Assembly: GCA_029261035.1 (NCBI GenBank)
Contig: JAJDCD010000004.1
Span: 68,765 to 132,764, forward strand
DNA: 64,000 nt
Direction: 5' to 3'
From: Candidatus Omnitrophota bacterium
GTDB lineage: Bacteria > Omnitrophota > Omnitrophia > Omnitrophales > JACROU01
The position numbers and the translations under genes were made by a program. Under the pieces are notes generated by a model, which did not search any database, was not told the DNA's origin, and saw only the letters and a list, made by a program, of their open reading frames with translations. Below, piece by piece: positions 41,351 to 53,178 of the stretch (within the stretch, counting starts at the first letter, position 1; each line of letters opens with the position of its first letter).

Positions 41351-42811
41351 CTACTTCAACTTTCCATTAAAACCATACTCACTCCAACGATCCGTAATCT
41401 TTTGCTGAATCTCTTCGGACATCTTCATTTCTTCAGGCCAATCTCTCAACATCCCTTCTTCAGGAAGTTTATGAGTGACATCTACCCCCATTTTCCCACC
41501 CCATAGATGTTGGGATGCAGAGTGATCGAGTTCATCCACTGGCCCTTCAGAAAAAACGATATCCCGCTTGGGATCCACATTCGCAAAAACCTTAAAAGCA
41601 ACTTCTTTCAGGTCATGAATATTAGTGTCATGATCAAAAACAAAAACAAATTTAGAAAACATGAGCTGTCCCAAACCCCAGATCGAATTCATCATTTTCT
41701 TAGCTTGATTCGGATAAGTCTTTTTAATGGATACTAAAATACAATTATGAAAAACCCCTTCCCAGGGTAAATGGATATCTACCACCTCAGGAAGAATCTT
41801 CCGAAGCATCGGAATAAAAATACGTTCTGTTGCCTTCCCTAGATAACAATCTTCCATAGGCGGCTTACCGACTATCGTTGTCATGTAAACAGGGTTTTTT
41901 CTATGAGTCATACATGTAATATGAAACGCTGGAAAATCCTTTGCTGGCGAGTAATATCCTGTATGGTCCCCAAAAGGCCCTTCTTCACGAAGGTCATCCA
42001 AATCCACATAACCTTCCAAGACAAACTCACTCTCTGCCGGAACTTCTAAATCTACGGTTTTACATTTAACGAGCTCTAAAGGTTTTTTTCTCAGAAAACC
42101 AGCAAACATAAACTCGTCGATATCTTTGGGAAGAGGTGCTGTTGCCGAATATACGGTAATAGGATCTGCTCCTATAGCCACCGCCACAGGCATTTGTTTA
42201 CTCTTCGCATCCTTTAAATTTCTAAAATGCTCTGCTCCATCTTTATGAATCTGCCAATGCATCCCCGTTGTTTTATTATCAAACACCTGCATACGATACA
42301 TGCCGACATTTCTATTTCCAGAAATAGGATCTTTAGAAATTACCAAAGGAAGTGTAATGAATTTACCTGCATCCTTAGGCCAACATTGAATCACAGGTAA
42401 TAGGTCTAACATAGGCCCCTCTTTAATGACAACCTCTTGACAAGGAGCTGAAGAAACAATTTTTGGAGTCGCTTTGGAAAGTTCAATAGCTTTAGGTAAA
42501 AGCCTCAATTTGTCCATCAAGGTTTCAGGAGTTTTAACTTGAGTAAAATCCTCTAAACGATCGGAGATTTCTTCATAAGCCTCAACACCTAAGGCCCCTA
42601 GCATCCGATTATGAGAAGCGAAAGTGTTTATAAGTAAAGGAAAAGAACTCCCTTTAACCTTTTCGAAATAAAGAGCGGGACCATCCTTCTTAACCACACG
42701 ATCCGCAATTTCAGTGACTTCTAAAATAGGGTCTACTTCTGCGGCAACGGTATGCAATTCGCCTAGCTTTTTAATGTGTTCAATATAATCACGCAGATTT
42801 TGAAATGCCAT
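41351..42811 (-). CDS. ubiD: UbiD-family decarboxylase of menaquinone synthesis (MqnL)
   Basis: NVGMYRMQ, EGPFGDHTGYY, GKPPMED. Confidence 0.93.
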   Translation of the reverse strand: MAFQNLRDYIEHIKKLGELHTVAAEVDPILEVTEIADRVVKKDGPALYFEKVKGSSFPLLINTFASHNRMLGALGVEAYEEISDRLEDFTQVKTPETLMDKLRLLPKAIELSKATPKIVSSAPCQEVVIKEGPMLDLLPVIQCWPKDAGKFITLPLVISKDPISGNRNVGMYRMQVFDNKTTGMHWQIHKDGAEHFRNLKDAKSKQMPVAVAIGADPITVYSATAPLPKDIDEFMFAGFLRKKPLELVKCKTVDLEVPAESEFVLEGYVDLDDLREEGPFGDHTGYYSPAKDFPAFHITCMTHRKNPVYMTTIVGKPPMEDCYLGKATERIFIPMLRKILPEVVDIHLPWEGVFHNCILVSIKKTYPNQAKKMMNSIWGLGQLMFSKFVFVFDHDTNIHDLKEVAFKVFANVDPKRDIVFSEGPVDELDHSASQHLWGGKMGVDVTHKLPEEGMLRDWPEEMKMSEEIQQKITDRWSEYGFNGKLK

Positions 42812-42878
42812 CAGGTCTCCTTAATAAAGACAGTGTGGAACCATAGAAAGGTTATATGTAAAAGAGGTATATTACTGG

Positions 42879-42927
42879 AAAAAAAGAGGTCAGGCTACTT
42901 TATTATTAATCTGAAAAAAGTAGCCTG
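42879..42927 (-). terminator. Probable terminator after the TPR gene
   Basis: CAGGCTACTTT/AAAGTAGCCTG inverted repeat with a nearby T-run on the minus strand. Confidence 0.5.
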
Positions 42928-42937
42928 TTCCCTTTAA

Positions 42938-43981
42938 TTATTCGCTAATTGCTGGTGTAGACTGAGGGGACGACTGCGGTGCTGGAATATTGTCAATCAG
43001 AGACTGAAAACCAGGCTCTTTTCTCAATTCCTCGAAATTCTTATCTTGTTTTACTAATTGAGCTAGATTAGGGTCTTGTCTTAAAGCAATCCCCAACTTC
43101 TGAATTGCTTCTATATTCTTACCTTGCGCGGCCAATACCGCTCCTAACCCATAATTCGCCTGAGCTGATCCTGGCTCAATCTCTAAGCTTTTGATATAAC
43201 TAGCAATAGATTGCTCCATATCCTTAGACAGAAAATAAGCTTCCCCCATATTTTGATAAGCAATGCTATATTTAGAATTTATCTCAACAGCTTGAGTATA
43301 ATATTCTATAGCTCTCATGTAATCTTTTTTTCCGTTCGCATAAGCGACACCTAAATTATTATAAGCTGAAGCAATCTGTGGATTAATTTCAATAGACTTC
43401 AAAGCAAACTGAATAGCATTATCATAATCTTTTTCAAAAATACTGATCACTGCAAGATCATTGTAGGCATTCGCATTAGGACTAATATCAACAGCCGTTC
43501 TTAAATAACGGTGAGCTGACAAATAATCTTTCTGAAGAATAAACATCCGTCCTATTCTTAAAAAATCGGAAACAAATCGAGGTGAGTGATTTGAAAGTTC
43601 ATAAAACATTTCACTAGCCTTAACTGTACGCCCTTGAAGCAAAAGAAGAACACCGGCATTATAATAAGAGCGAGAGAATTCAGGATCAATCTCAATCGCT
43701 TTAAGATACGATGCTACCGCTTCATCAATCTTCTGCTGTCTCTCAAACAAACTCCCCTTTAAAAAATGAATTGAAGCAGAGTTTGGATTCATTTGCATAC
43801 AATCTGCTATAAGAACCTCTGCTAACTGCACATCTCCATCAGAAATTGCCTGTATCGTATACAACAACTTTCGTTCAAATTCTTTAGATTCATCCGCATA
43901 CAACACACTTCCCACCGACTGAACTATTAGAAAACTAAAAAAGAACAAAGGGACTATTAAAAATTTAAAATAACGACTCAT
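42938..43981 (-). CDS. Exported TPR-repeat protein
   Basis: Signal peptide; repeated AYNNLG-type TPRs; SD AGGAGAG before ATG 43981. Confidence 0.85.
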   Translation of the reverse strand: MSRYFKFLIVPLFFFSFLIVQSVGSVLYADESKEFERKLLYTIQAISDGDVQLAEVLIADCMQMNPNSASIHFLKGSLFERQQKIDEAVASYLKAIEIDPEFSRSYYNAGVLLLLQGRTVKASEMFYELSNHSPRFVSDFLRIGRMFILQKDYLSAHRYLRTAVDISPNANAYNDLAVISIFEKDYDNAIQFALKSIEINPQIASAYNNLGVAYANGKKDYMRAIEYYTQAVEINSKYSIAYQNMGEAYFLSKDMEQSIASYIKSLEIEPGSAQANYGLGAVLAAQGKNIEAIQKLGIALRQDPNLAQLVKQDKNFEELRKEPGFQSLIDNIPAPQSSPQSTPAISE

Positions 43982-44051
43982 AAGAACTCTCCTTTTCTTA
44001 ACCCTAAATTGTTTAAACATTTGGGTTACAATCTATTAACAAAATACACAA

Positions 44052-44381
44052 CTAAACTCTAAGACGATTCACCTTACGTTCTAATCGGTCCAGCCGATCC
44101 ATTTTTCTTTCTAAATCATCCACCTTCGAAAGTCTATTTTCCATCCTTTGTAGACGCTCTACTTGGTTAGATATTCGATTCATTTTTCTTTCCAAGCTGT
44201 CCATTTGACTCTTCATTCTTTTCAAACGGTAGTCAAAATTATTCATTTTTTGAGACTGATTACTTCGATTTCTAATCTGCTCTGCTGCTAGAGCTTCAAG
44301 ATCTGTATCTTGAGCATAAACTAAATTGGAATTACTAACAAATACAACAGTAAATAACAATAGATAAAAATAAGCTCTCAT
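44052..44381 (-). CDS. Exported coiled-coil repeat protein
   Basis: Signal peptide ending VYA; repeated DxLERK(M/V)xR. Confidence 0.7.
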   Translation of the reverse strand: MRAYFYLLLFTVVFVSNSNLVYAQDTDLEALAAEQIRNRSNQSQKMNNFDYRLKRMKSQMDSLERKMNRISNQVERLQRMENRLSKVDDLERKMDRLDRLERKVNRLRV

Positions 44382-44571
44382 TACACCCCCTCGCAATTAT
44401 AGATGCCACCTTATACTTTCGACTTATTTGAGATTAATATTTAATTTTAATTCATTTTTACCTTATTTTCTAATTTAGGATTTAACTGTATTTCTGCAGA
44501 AAAATTAATATGCAGAGTTACTAATGAATCATCCTAGACGACCCCTAGAGGGGGGGGGTTATTACTGACAC

Positions 44572-44607
44572 AAAAAAAGCCCTCAACACTGGGGTTGAGG
44601 GCTTTTT
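44572..44607 (-). terminator. Intrinsic (bidirectional-type) terminator after rpsU
   Basis: AAAAAGCCCTCAAC...GTTGAGGGCTTTTT. Confidence 0.85.
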
Positions 44608-44623
44608 ATTAAATTACAATTTC

Positions 44624-44827
44624 TTACATCTTCTTATCTATAAAAACCTGTGCTTTTTTAGCTCGACTCTTTCGCACAGTTCTTTCTCTTCTCAAACGAT
44701 CCGATCTTTTTTCATAACGCAAAGATCTTTTGTGTTCTTCTATCACCCCTGCCTTTTTCATCTTTGTTTTAAACTTCTTTAGTGCAAGTTCGATAGGTTG
44801 ACCTTCTTGAACATAGACTTTAACCAC
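44624..44827 (-). CDS. rpsU: 30S ribosomal protein S21
   Basis: IELALKKFK...GVIEE...YEKRS; basic, 67 aa. Confidence 0.85.
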   Translation of the reverse strand: MVKVYVQEGQPIELALKKFKTKMKKAGVIEEHKRSLRYEKRSDRLRRERTVRKSRAKKAQVFIDKKM

Positions 44828-44904
44828 AAATACTCACCACCCTTTAATATAGATTCACTCTCACTAGAATCCTAACTGATGGTTTTGCGAGTGTCAAACT
44901 CATC

Positions 44905-45798
44905 TCATCCTCTAGGGTGAAATTGGGTGTGAATTCCTTTGAGACGGTCTTTGGAAACATGCGTATATATTTGAGTTGTGCTGATATCTGCGTGCCCCAA
45001 GAGTTCTTGAACAATTCTAAGATCTGCCCCACCTTCAAGCAAATGTGTGGCAAATGAATGGCGAAATGTATGTGGGGTTATTCTCTTCTTAAGATGCGCT
45101 TCCTTCGTGTACTTTTTAATAATTTTCCAAAACGATTGTCGGGTTAGCTTTTTTCCCTGACGATTCAGAAACAACTCAGATGAAGGAGACTTAACCTTAC
45201 TTCGGATATGTTTAATATAACTTTGAATAACCTCATTCGCTATTCGACCTAACGGGATCATTCTCTCCTTCCCCCCTTTACCCATACACTTCAAAATTGA
45301 AGCTTCAAAATTAAGATCCGCTAATTTTAAATTAACAATCTCTGATACACGCATCCCTGTAGCATAAAACAGCTCTAGAATAGCTCTGTCACGCACTTTC
45401 TTACGAGAACCACCCGAAGTAGCTTTAATCATCTTTTCAACCTCGACAAAGGATAAAAAGTCCGGTAGCTTTTTCCATGTTTTCGGAGATTCCAAAGTGG
45501 AAGTAATGTCTTTTTTTAAATAACGCTCTCGAACTAGAAAACGATGAAAAATCTTTACAGACACAAGGTGTCTCGCTATAGATGTCGTAGCTAAACCTTT
45601 ATTCTTTAGCTCCATTAAAAAAGCATGAATTTTTTGAGGGTTTACTTTTTCCAATTCGACTAATTTACTTTTTCTTAAAAAAGTCACATAATCCCGGAGA
45701 TCTCTTTGATAAGCCATTAAACTATTTTTAGCCAATAACTTCTCAACAGAAAGATATTCCATAAAAAGTTGTATATAAGAATCCAACCGATCAGCCAT
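44905..45798 (-). CDS. xerD: Tyrosine recombinase XerD
   Basis: LELFYATGMRVSE, GKGGKER, TPHTFRHSFATHLL, LGHADISTTQIYTHV. Confidence 0.9.
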   Translation of the reverse strand: MADRLDSYIQLFMEYLSVEKLLAKNSLMAYQRDLRDYVTFLRKSKLVELEKVNPQKIHAFLMELKNKGLATTSIARHLVSVKIFHRFLVRERYLKKDITSTLESPKTWKKLPDFLSFVEVEKMIKATSGGSRKKVRDRAILELFYATGMRVSEIVNLKLADLNFEASILKCMGKGGKERMIPLGRIANEVIQSYIKHIRSKVKSPSSELFLNRQGKKLTRQSFWKIIKKYTKEAHLKKRITPHTFRHSFATHLLEGGADLRIVQELLGHADISTTQIYTHVSKDRLKGIHTQFHPRG

Positions 45799-45806
45799 AA
45801 TGTTCC

Positions 45807-47864
<2,058 letters not shown>

Positions 47865-47899
47865 TTACCAGCTTTGAGGGGAATCGATCGGATAAATAT

Positions 47900-47925
47900 G
47901 GGGGTGTGTAGAGCACACACCCCCA
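47900..47925 (-). terminator. Hairpin after hppA
   Basis: GGGGGTGTGT-AGAGC-ACACACCCCC; U-tract weak. Confidence 0.5.
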
Positions 47926-47931
47926 ATAAAA

Positions 47932-50250
47932 CTATTTTGCTGCAGCTTCTGTTTCCACTTCAATATTCTTACCGTAAGATTCACCTCGTTTGTTCAAATA
48001 AACAGCTAAGGCAAGAGCTGCAGCCATAGCTAACACAACCCCAGAACGTTGCATAGTAGAAATATCTTGAATAGCCAAAGGTGCGATTAAGATAGCCACC
48101 AAGTTCATCACTTTAATCAATGGATTAAGAGCAGGGCCTGCTGTATCTTTAAATGGATCTCCTATCGTATCGCAAATAATCCCTGCCTTATGAATCTCAC
48201 TTCCTTTTCCACCTAAATAACCTTCTTCTATCCGTTTTTTACCATTATCCCATGCACCACCAGCATTAGACAACATCACAGCCATCAGTTGTCCCGTCAA
48301 AATAGCTCCTGCTAAATAGCCTCCTAAAGCAGCCGCTCCTTCTAAGGGTTTGCTAAAACCTAACCCAAAAGCAACCAAAATAGGGGTGCAAATGGCTAGG
48401 ATACCTGGTGCAATTAATTCCCTCTGAGCAGCACCCGTCACAATTTCTACACAGCGAGAGTAATCTGGTTTTGACTTCCCTTGAAGCAAACCTGGAATTT
48501 CTTTAAATTGCCGTCTAACTTCTTCCACAACCATAAAAGCAGAACGCCCCACAGCTCGAATAGCAAATGCTGAAAATAAAAATGGAACTGCCCCGCCAAT
48601 TAAGAACCCAATAAAAACAGTAGGAAGATTAATTTGAATTCCAATTCCAGTTAATCCAACTTCGTCAATGTAGGAACCAAAAAGCGAGACCGCGGCAATG
48701 ACAGCTGTCGCAATTGCAAATCCTTTCGTTAACGCTTTTGTTGTATTTCCAACAGCATCCAGCTTTGCTACAATTTTATGAGCATGTGTATTCTCAGAAC
48801 CATCCTCATTTTTAAGGGCTCCAGACATTTCAAATACCCCATTGGCATTATCCGAAATAGGCCCGAAGGTATCCATTGCAAGAATAAAACCCGTCGTAGT
48901 CAACAGACCTAACCCAGACAATGCAACACCATAAGCACTTAAAGCAAGACTACCTTCGAAAATAAGATAGGAACTAAAAATGGTAAGCGCAATAGCAACA
49001 ATACTCCAAACACTGCTTTCCAAACCAAGAGCAAACCCACTCAGAACCATTGTTGCCGGCCCTGACTTAGCCGAGTCTGCAACTTCTTCTACAGGCTTTT
49101 TGTCTACGGAAGTAAAATACTCCGTTAAATGACTGATGACAAGCGCTAGAATAATTCCTATGAGAGTCGCAAAAAAGAAACGATAATCTGGTTTACCATC
49201 AGGTCCATGAAGATAAAAATAATTAACGAAGAAAAAACTTATTGTTGAAACAACTGCAGCAACCCAGAAACCAAAATTAATCGGTTTCATTGGATCGAAG
49301 TTCTCTTCATCTTTACCTTTAACTGCCATTGTTCCAATAATACTAGCAAACACCCCTGATGCACGTACAAGCAATGGATAAATAATCAATTTAAGTGCCA
49401 TCGCAGAAGCTGCTGTAATCCCACCGTAAGTAGCCACAAACTCTGGATCTAATAATGTCGCAGCTCCCAAAATAATTGCTGCCACTAGAGTAACTTCATA
49501 GCTTTCAAAAACATCTGCAGCCATTCCAGCACAATCCCCTACATTGTCCCCAACGTTATCTGCAATAGTTGCAGCATTACGAGGATCATCTTCAGGAATG
49601 TTGTTTTCTACTTTACCTACAAGATCAGCTCCAACATCTGCAGCTTTCGTAAAAATACCTCCACCCACACGCATGAAAAGAGCAACAAGACATCCTCCAA
49701 AACCAAAACCAATTAAAACTTTCATAGCGTGTTCACCAAAAATCAAAAAGATAACGGTCGCACCCACAAGACCCAAACCAACAGTAAACATACCAGACAC
49801 AGTTCCTGCTTGAAAAGCAAGCTCCAAAGCTTCTTTAAAACTTTTAAGAGCCGCATTGGCCACACGACAATTCGCTCGAACAGCTAAACTCATACCTAAA
49901 TAACCTGCTCCACCCGATGCCAAACAACCAAATAAAAACGCGATAGATACACCCCAAGGAATTTGAGGCAAATCTACATACATGGGTTTATAAGCAAAGT
50001 AAAGTATCACAGCTAAAGCTGCAATAAAAATACCCATAACAGAAAATTGTCTAAAGAGATATCCTCGAGATCCATCTTGAATCGCCTTAGAAACATCTAC
50101 CATTTCTGGTGATCCAGGGTCTGCTTTCATAACTTTTCTGGCTAAATAAGCACCATAAACAAGACCAACAAATGCAGAAAATAAAACAAACCATAGAAGA
50201 GCAACTTCTGTGGCCCCTAATGGAGGTAGTGTAATTGCGTGTTCGCTCAT
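47932..50250 (-). CDS. hppA: Membrane-bound cation-pumping pyrophosphatase, predicted K+-independent H+-PPase
   Basis: GGGIFTKAADVGADLVGKVE, DNVGDNVGD, GNTTKA (Lys determinant), DTIGDPFKDTAGP. Confidence 0.93.
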   Translation of the reverse strand: MSEHAITLPPLGATEVALLWFVLFSAFVGLVYGAYLARKVMKADPGSPEMVDVSKAIQDGSRGYLFRQFSVMGIFIAALAVILYFAYKPMYVDLPQIPWGVSIAFLFGCLASGGAGYLGMSLAVRANCRVANAALKSFKEALELAFQAGTVSGMFTVGLGLVGATVIFLIFGEHAMKVLIGFGFGGCLVALFMRVGGGIFTKAADVGADLVGKVENNIPEDDPRNAATIADNVGDNVGDCAGMAADVFESYEVTLVAAIILGAATLLDPEFVATYGGITAASAMALKLIIYPLLVRASGVFASIIGTMAVKGKDEENFDPMKPINFGFWVAAVVSTISFFFVNYFYLHGPDGKPDYRFFFATLIGIILALVISHLTEYFTSVDKKPVEEVADSAKSGPATMVLSGFALGLESSVWSIVAIALTIFSSYLIFEGSLALSAYGVALSGLGLLTTTGFILAMDTFGPISDNANGVFEMSGALKNEDGSENTHAHKIVAKLDAVGNTTKALTKGFAIATAVIAAVSLFGSYIDEVGLTGIGIQINLPTVFIGFLIGGAVPFLFSAFAIRAVGRSAFMVVEEVRRQFKEIPGLLQGKSKPDYSRCVEIVTGAAQRELIAPGILAICTPILVAFGLGFSKPLEGAAALGGYLAGAILTGQLMAVMLSNAGGAWDNGKKRIEEGYLGGKGSEIHKAGIICDTIGDPFKDTAGPALNPLIKVMNLVAILIAPLAIQDISTMQRSGVVLAMAAALALAVYLNKRGESYGKNIEVETEAAAK

Positions 50251-50323
50251 GTTTTCTCCTTTAAACTATTATTTAGTAAACGATGTCCTATAAAACCAAA
50301 CCCTAAATTGTTCGTACTTTAAT

Positions 50324-50350
50324 ATATCGGAAAATTAATAGAAATATTGA
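50324..50350 (-). promoter_or_regulatory. Putative sigma28-type promoter of hppA
   Basis: TCAA-N15-TCCGATAT on the minus strand. Confidence 0.4.
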
Positions 50351-50419
50351 GGAGTATTACCTTATTTAGTAGAGATGAATAACTTAAACCTAATGCTTTG
50401 ATATAATGCTTTGTTCATT

Positions 50420-50497
50420 CGGGATGTAGCTCAGCTTGGCTAGAGCGCTTCGTTCGGGACGAAGAGGTCGGAGGTTCAAATCCCCCCATCCCGACCA
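50420..50497 (+). tRNA. tRNA-Pro (anticodon CGG)
   Basis: CGGGATGTAGCTCAG...CTTCG-TTCGGGA-CGAAG...GGTTCAAATCC...CCCGACCA. Confidence 0.95.
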
Positions 50498-50593
50498 TAC
50501 ACCACAAGGGTGTATGGCGGAGCCATACATATTATTATCAGGTATGAGCTCGTAAACTACGTAAAGTTTATAGCAAGCCTGCTCCATAAATTA

Positions 50594-51028
50594 TCAATGA
50601 AATTCCATCCTATCACCCACTATGATTCCATTTGTCTTAAACCAGCCTTGATTTACTTCTAAGGCATAACGCACATCTTCTGCAGATTTATGACGATCCA
50701 AAGACAAAGCTTCCATATCTTCAATTTGAGTAATAATCCCATCTTCATCTATAAAAGCAATACTTAATGGAATTAACGTATTCTTCATCCAAAACGAAAC
50801 TTTTCTTTCCGTTATAAAATCAAAAAGCATTCCTCGGTTCGGAGCAAGTTCTTTTCTATTTTGCAAACCCAAACTGCGCTCTTCTAAAGATCTTGCTATC
50901 TCAACTTCTAGACGAGTATCATTAATCGTAATTGTTTGAATCTCAAGATCAGACCGATTGTTTTGACTAAATGCGTAAAGAGGGTTTAAAGAAAGATTTA
51001 AAAATAGAATTAAAAAAAAGATTCTCAT
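50594..51028 (-). CDS. DUF192-family protein
   Basis: VEIA..ERSLGL, GMLF, FWMKNTLIPLSIAFI, ALEVNQG. Confidence 0.92.
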   Translation of the reverse strand: MRIFFLILFLNLSLNPLYAFSQNNRSDLEIQTITINDTRLEVEIARSLEERSLGLQNRKELAPNRGMLFDFITERKVSFWMKNTLIPLSIAFIDEDGIITQIEDMEALSLDRHKSAEDVRYALEVNQGWFKTNGIIVGDRMEFH

Positions 51029-52755
51029 GCCGCTTCTGTCTCTAAAGTCATATCTGTCGTTTCAGGACGATAGCCCATATAAAGCAATGCTTGCTCAACC
51101 ACATTTTTAAAAACAGGCGCAGAAACAGTCCCTCCGTAATATTTGGGTCCAGGGTCATCCAAAACTACCATCATACTAATCATAGGGTCTTCAACAGGTG
51201 CAAATCCAATAAAGGAGGATATAAAATCAGAATGAGAATATCCCTTTCCATTCTCTAAAACTTTTTGTGCGGTTCCTGTCTTTCCTCCAACAGAAATACC
51301 TTCTATTTGCGCTCGTTTTCCAGTTCCTTCCTCCACAACACGTTTCAAAATATTCCGCATTTGAGCTGCAACTTCCGGACGAATAACTTCACCCTTCCAC
51401 TCCGGTTTATTCTTAAAAATCTCAACACCTTTTTCATCCACTATTTTGGAAAGCAAACGAGGAGAAACTAAAGTACCACCATTAGCGATAACATTTAGAG
51501 CGCTCAAACATTGAAGTGCTGTGGAGGTTACTTCATGACCCATCGGAATTGCTGTCATTGAAGTTTTAGACCATTTACTTGGGGGACGAATAATCCCATT
51601 AACCTCTCCAGGAAAATCCACTCCTGATTTTTCACCAAAACCATACTTCCTAATATATCGATATAAAGAATCAGGGCCTAATTCTTTCGCAATTTTATGA
51701 GTTCCAATGTTACTGGACTTGGTTAAAACCGTTGAGAGATCCAAGACCCCATAACCATGCACATCATGAAGAACATGTCCTCCCACTCGATAACTTCCCT
51801 GCTCACAATCAAATTCGTCCAAGATATTTACAGCACCTTCATTCAGCGCGGATGAAACGGTTACTATTTTAAATACAGACCCTGGCTCAAAAGTATCTGT
51901 AACAATTCTATTGCGCCGACTATCTAAAAGAGAATCTTTGAAATTATTAGGATCATAATTAGGCCATGAAGCCATTGCTAATATAGATCCATCCTTAGGA
52001 TTCATCGCTATGGCCATTCCACCTTTTGCATTCCATTTTTCACAAGCAGCTTCCAATTCCCTTTGTGCTAAATACTGAATATACTGATCAATCGTCAATA
52101 CCAAGTTATATCCATTTACAGCTGGAATGAGCTTTTGCTCCATCGAAACGATTTCACGCCCCATGGCATCTCTCTTTGTATACTTCGCCCCTTTTTTACC
52201 TTTTAAATAAGAATCAAAATGCAGCTCCAACCCTTCCAAACCATTATTATCAATACCACAAAACCCTATAACATTTCCCAGAAGGCTCTCATTAGGATAA
52301 ACGCGCTGATACTCATCTACAATTCCCAAATTAGGATTCTTTAAAGCTTTAAAAACATCCGACTCTTCTTTAGATCCTCGTCGCTTTAACCATACAAACA
52401 TTTTATCTTTAGCTAATCTTTTTCTGATAAAGGATGCCTCTACAGAAAGCATCTGGGATAAAATTGGGATCAATTTTTCTTTTTCTTCTGGAAGCATCAA
52501 ACGGGGAGCCGCATAAAAAGATGGCACCTGTATCGAAGAGGCCAACTCTTTTAAATTCTTGTCATAAATCAACCCTCTTTTGGGTTCAATTTCTATGACC
52601 AAATTATGTTGCCGTTTAGCAATATCCGTAAGTTCATCTTTTCGGAAATAAGCGAGTACAATTAATTGGAAAATAATAAGAGAGAAAAGAATAAATAAAA
52701 TTGCAGCAACGAAACGGTGTCTAGATAAAGATAAGTCGGTATCAGTAAATGCCAT
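51025..52755 (-). CDS. ftsI: Division transpeptidase PBP3/FtsI
   Basis: FEPGSVFK, KSSN, KTGTAQK; follows rsmH-ftsL. Confidence 0.88.
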   Translation of the reverse strand: MAFTDTDLSLSRHRFVAAILFILFSLIIFQLIVLAYFRKDELTDIAKRQHNLVIEIEPKRGLIYDKNLKELASSIQVPSFYAAPRLMLPEEKEKLIPILSQMLSVEASFIRKRLAKDKMFVWLKRRGSKEESDVFKALKNPNLGIVDEYQRVYPNESLLGNVIGFCGIDNNGLEGLELHFDSYLKGKKGAKYTKRDAMGREIVSMEQKLIPAVNGYNLVLTIDQYIQYLAQRELEAACEKWNAKGGMAIAMNPKDGSILAMASWPNYDPNNFKDSLLDSRRNRIVTDTFEPGSVFKIVTVSSALNEGAVNILDEFDCEQGSYRVGGHVLHDVHGYGVLDLSTVLTKSSNIGTHKIAKELGPDSLYRYIRKYGFGEKSGVDFPGEVNGIIRPPSKWSKTSMTAIPMGHEVTSTALQCLSALNVIANGGTLVSPRLLSKIVDEKGVEIFKNKPEWKGEVIRPEVAAQMRNILKRVVEEGTGKRAQIEGISVGGKTGTAQKVLENGKGYSHSDFISSFIGFAPVEDPMISMMVVLDDPGPKYYGGTVSAPVFKNVVEQALLYMGYRPETTDMTLETEAA

Positions 52756-52776
52756 GAATAGTGACCATCATCCTTA

Positions 52777-53136
52777 TTATTTAGTGGTTTTGGCTTGAGC
52801 TTCTTTAATCCAGTTCAGCCACCCTCCGTAAGATTCTATTGAAGAAGGAGAAACTATATTACCGGAAGATAAGAGTGGAGCATCTATTTTAACAATCCGT
52901 ATTTCTCTAGGTAATTGAAAATCAACATTAGCCGACTTCATCATTTCCTCTAGACGTCCTGGAGATTTCAAAAAAGCCACTTTGAATTTTAACTGTTTTT
53001 GCTCTTCTGAAAATTGTGAATATAGTTTTTCTTTTTTATCTATTTCATAAGATAATTTAACTAAATTCACTTTTTGAAATACATACCCCAAAAGCAAACT
53101 AGTAATGAATAGGATCGCAAAAAAAGCTCTTATCAT
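52777..53136 (-). CDS. ftsL: FtsL-like cell division protein
   Basis: TM plus coil ending LKSPGRLE; lies between rsmH and ftsI. Confidence 0.7.
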   Translation of the reverse strand: MIRAFFAILFITSLLLGYVFQKVNLVKLSYEIDKKEKLYSQFSEEQKQLKFKVAFLKSPGRLEEMMKSANVDFQLPREIRIVKIDAPLLSSGNIVSPSSIESYGGWLNWIKEAQAKTTK

Positions 53137-53178
53137 TCACTCTCCATAGTGTCTATGTTAATTAAAATCCAATTTATT

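Noticed and set aside
44905-45798. Tyrosine recombinase as a prophage or island integrase
   Set aside because: Typical XerD length and motifs in housekeeping context (ligA, rpsU); no att repeats or cargo seen
50390-50587. 65-aa minus-strand ORF
   Set aside because: Antisense to tRNA-Pro
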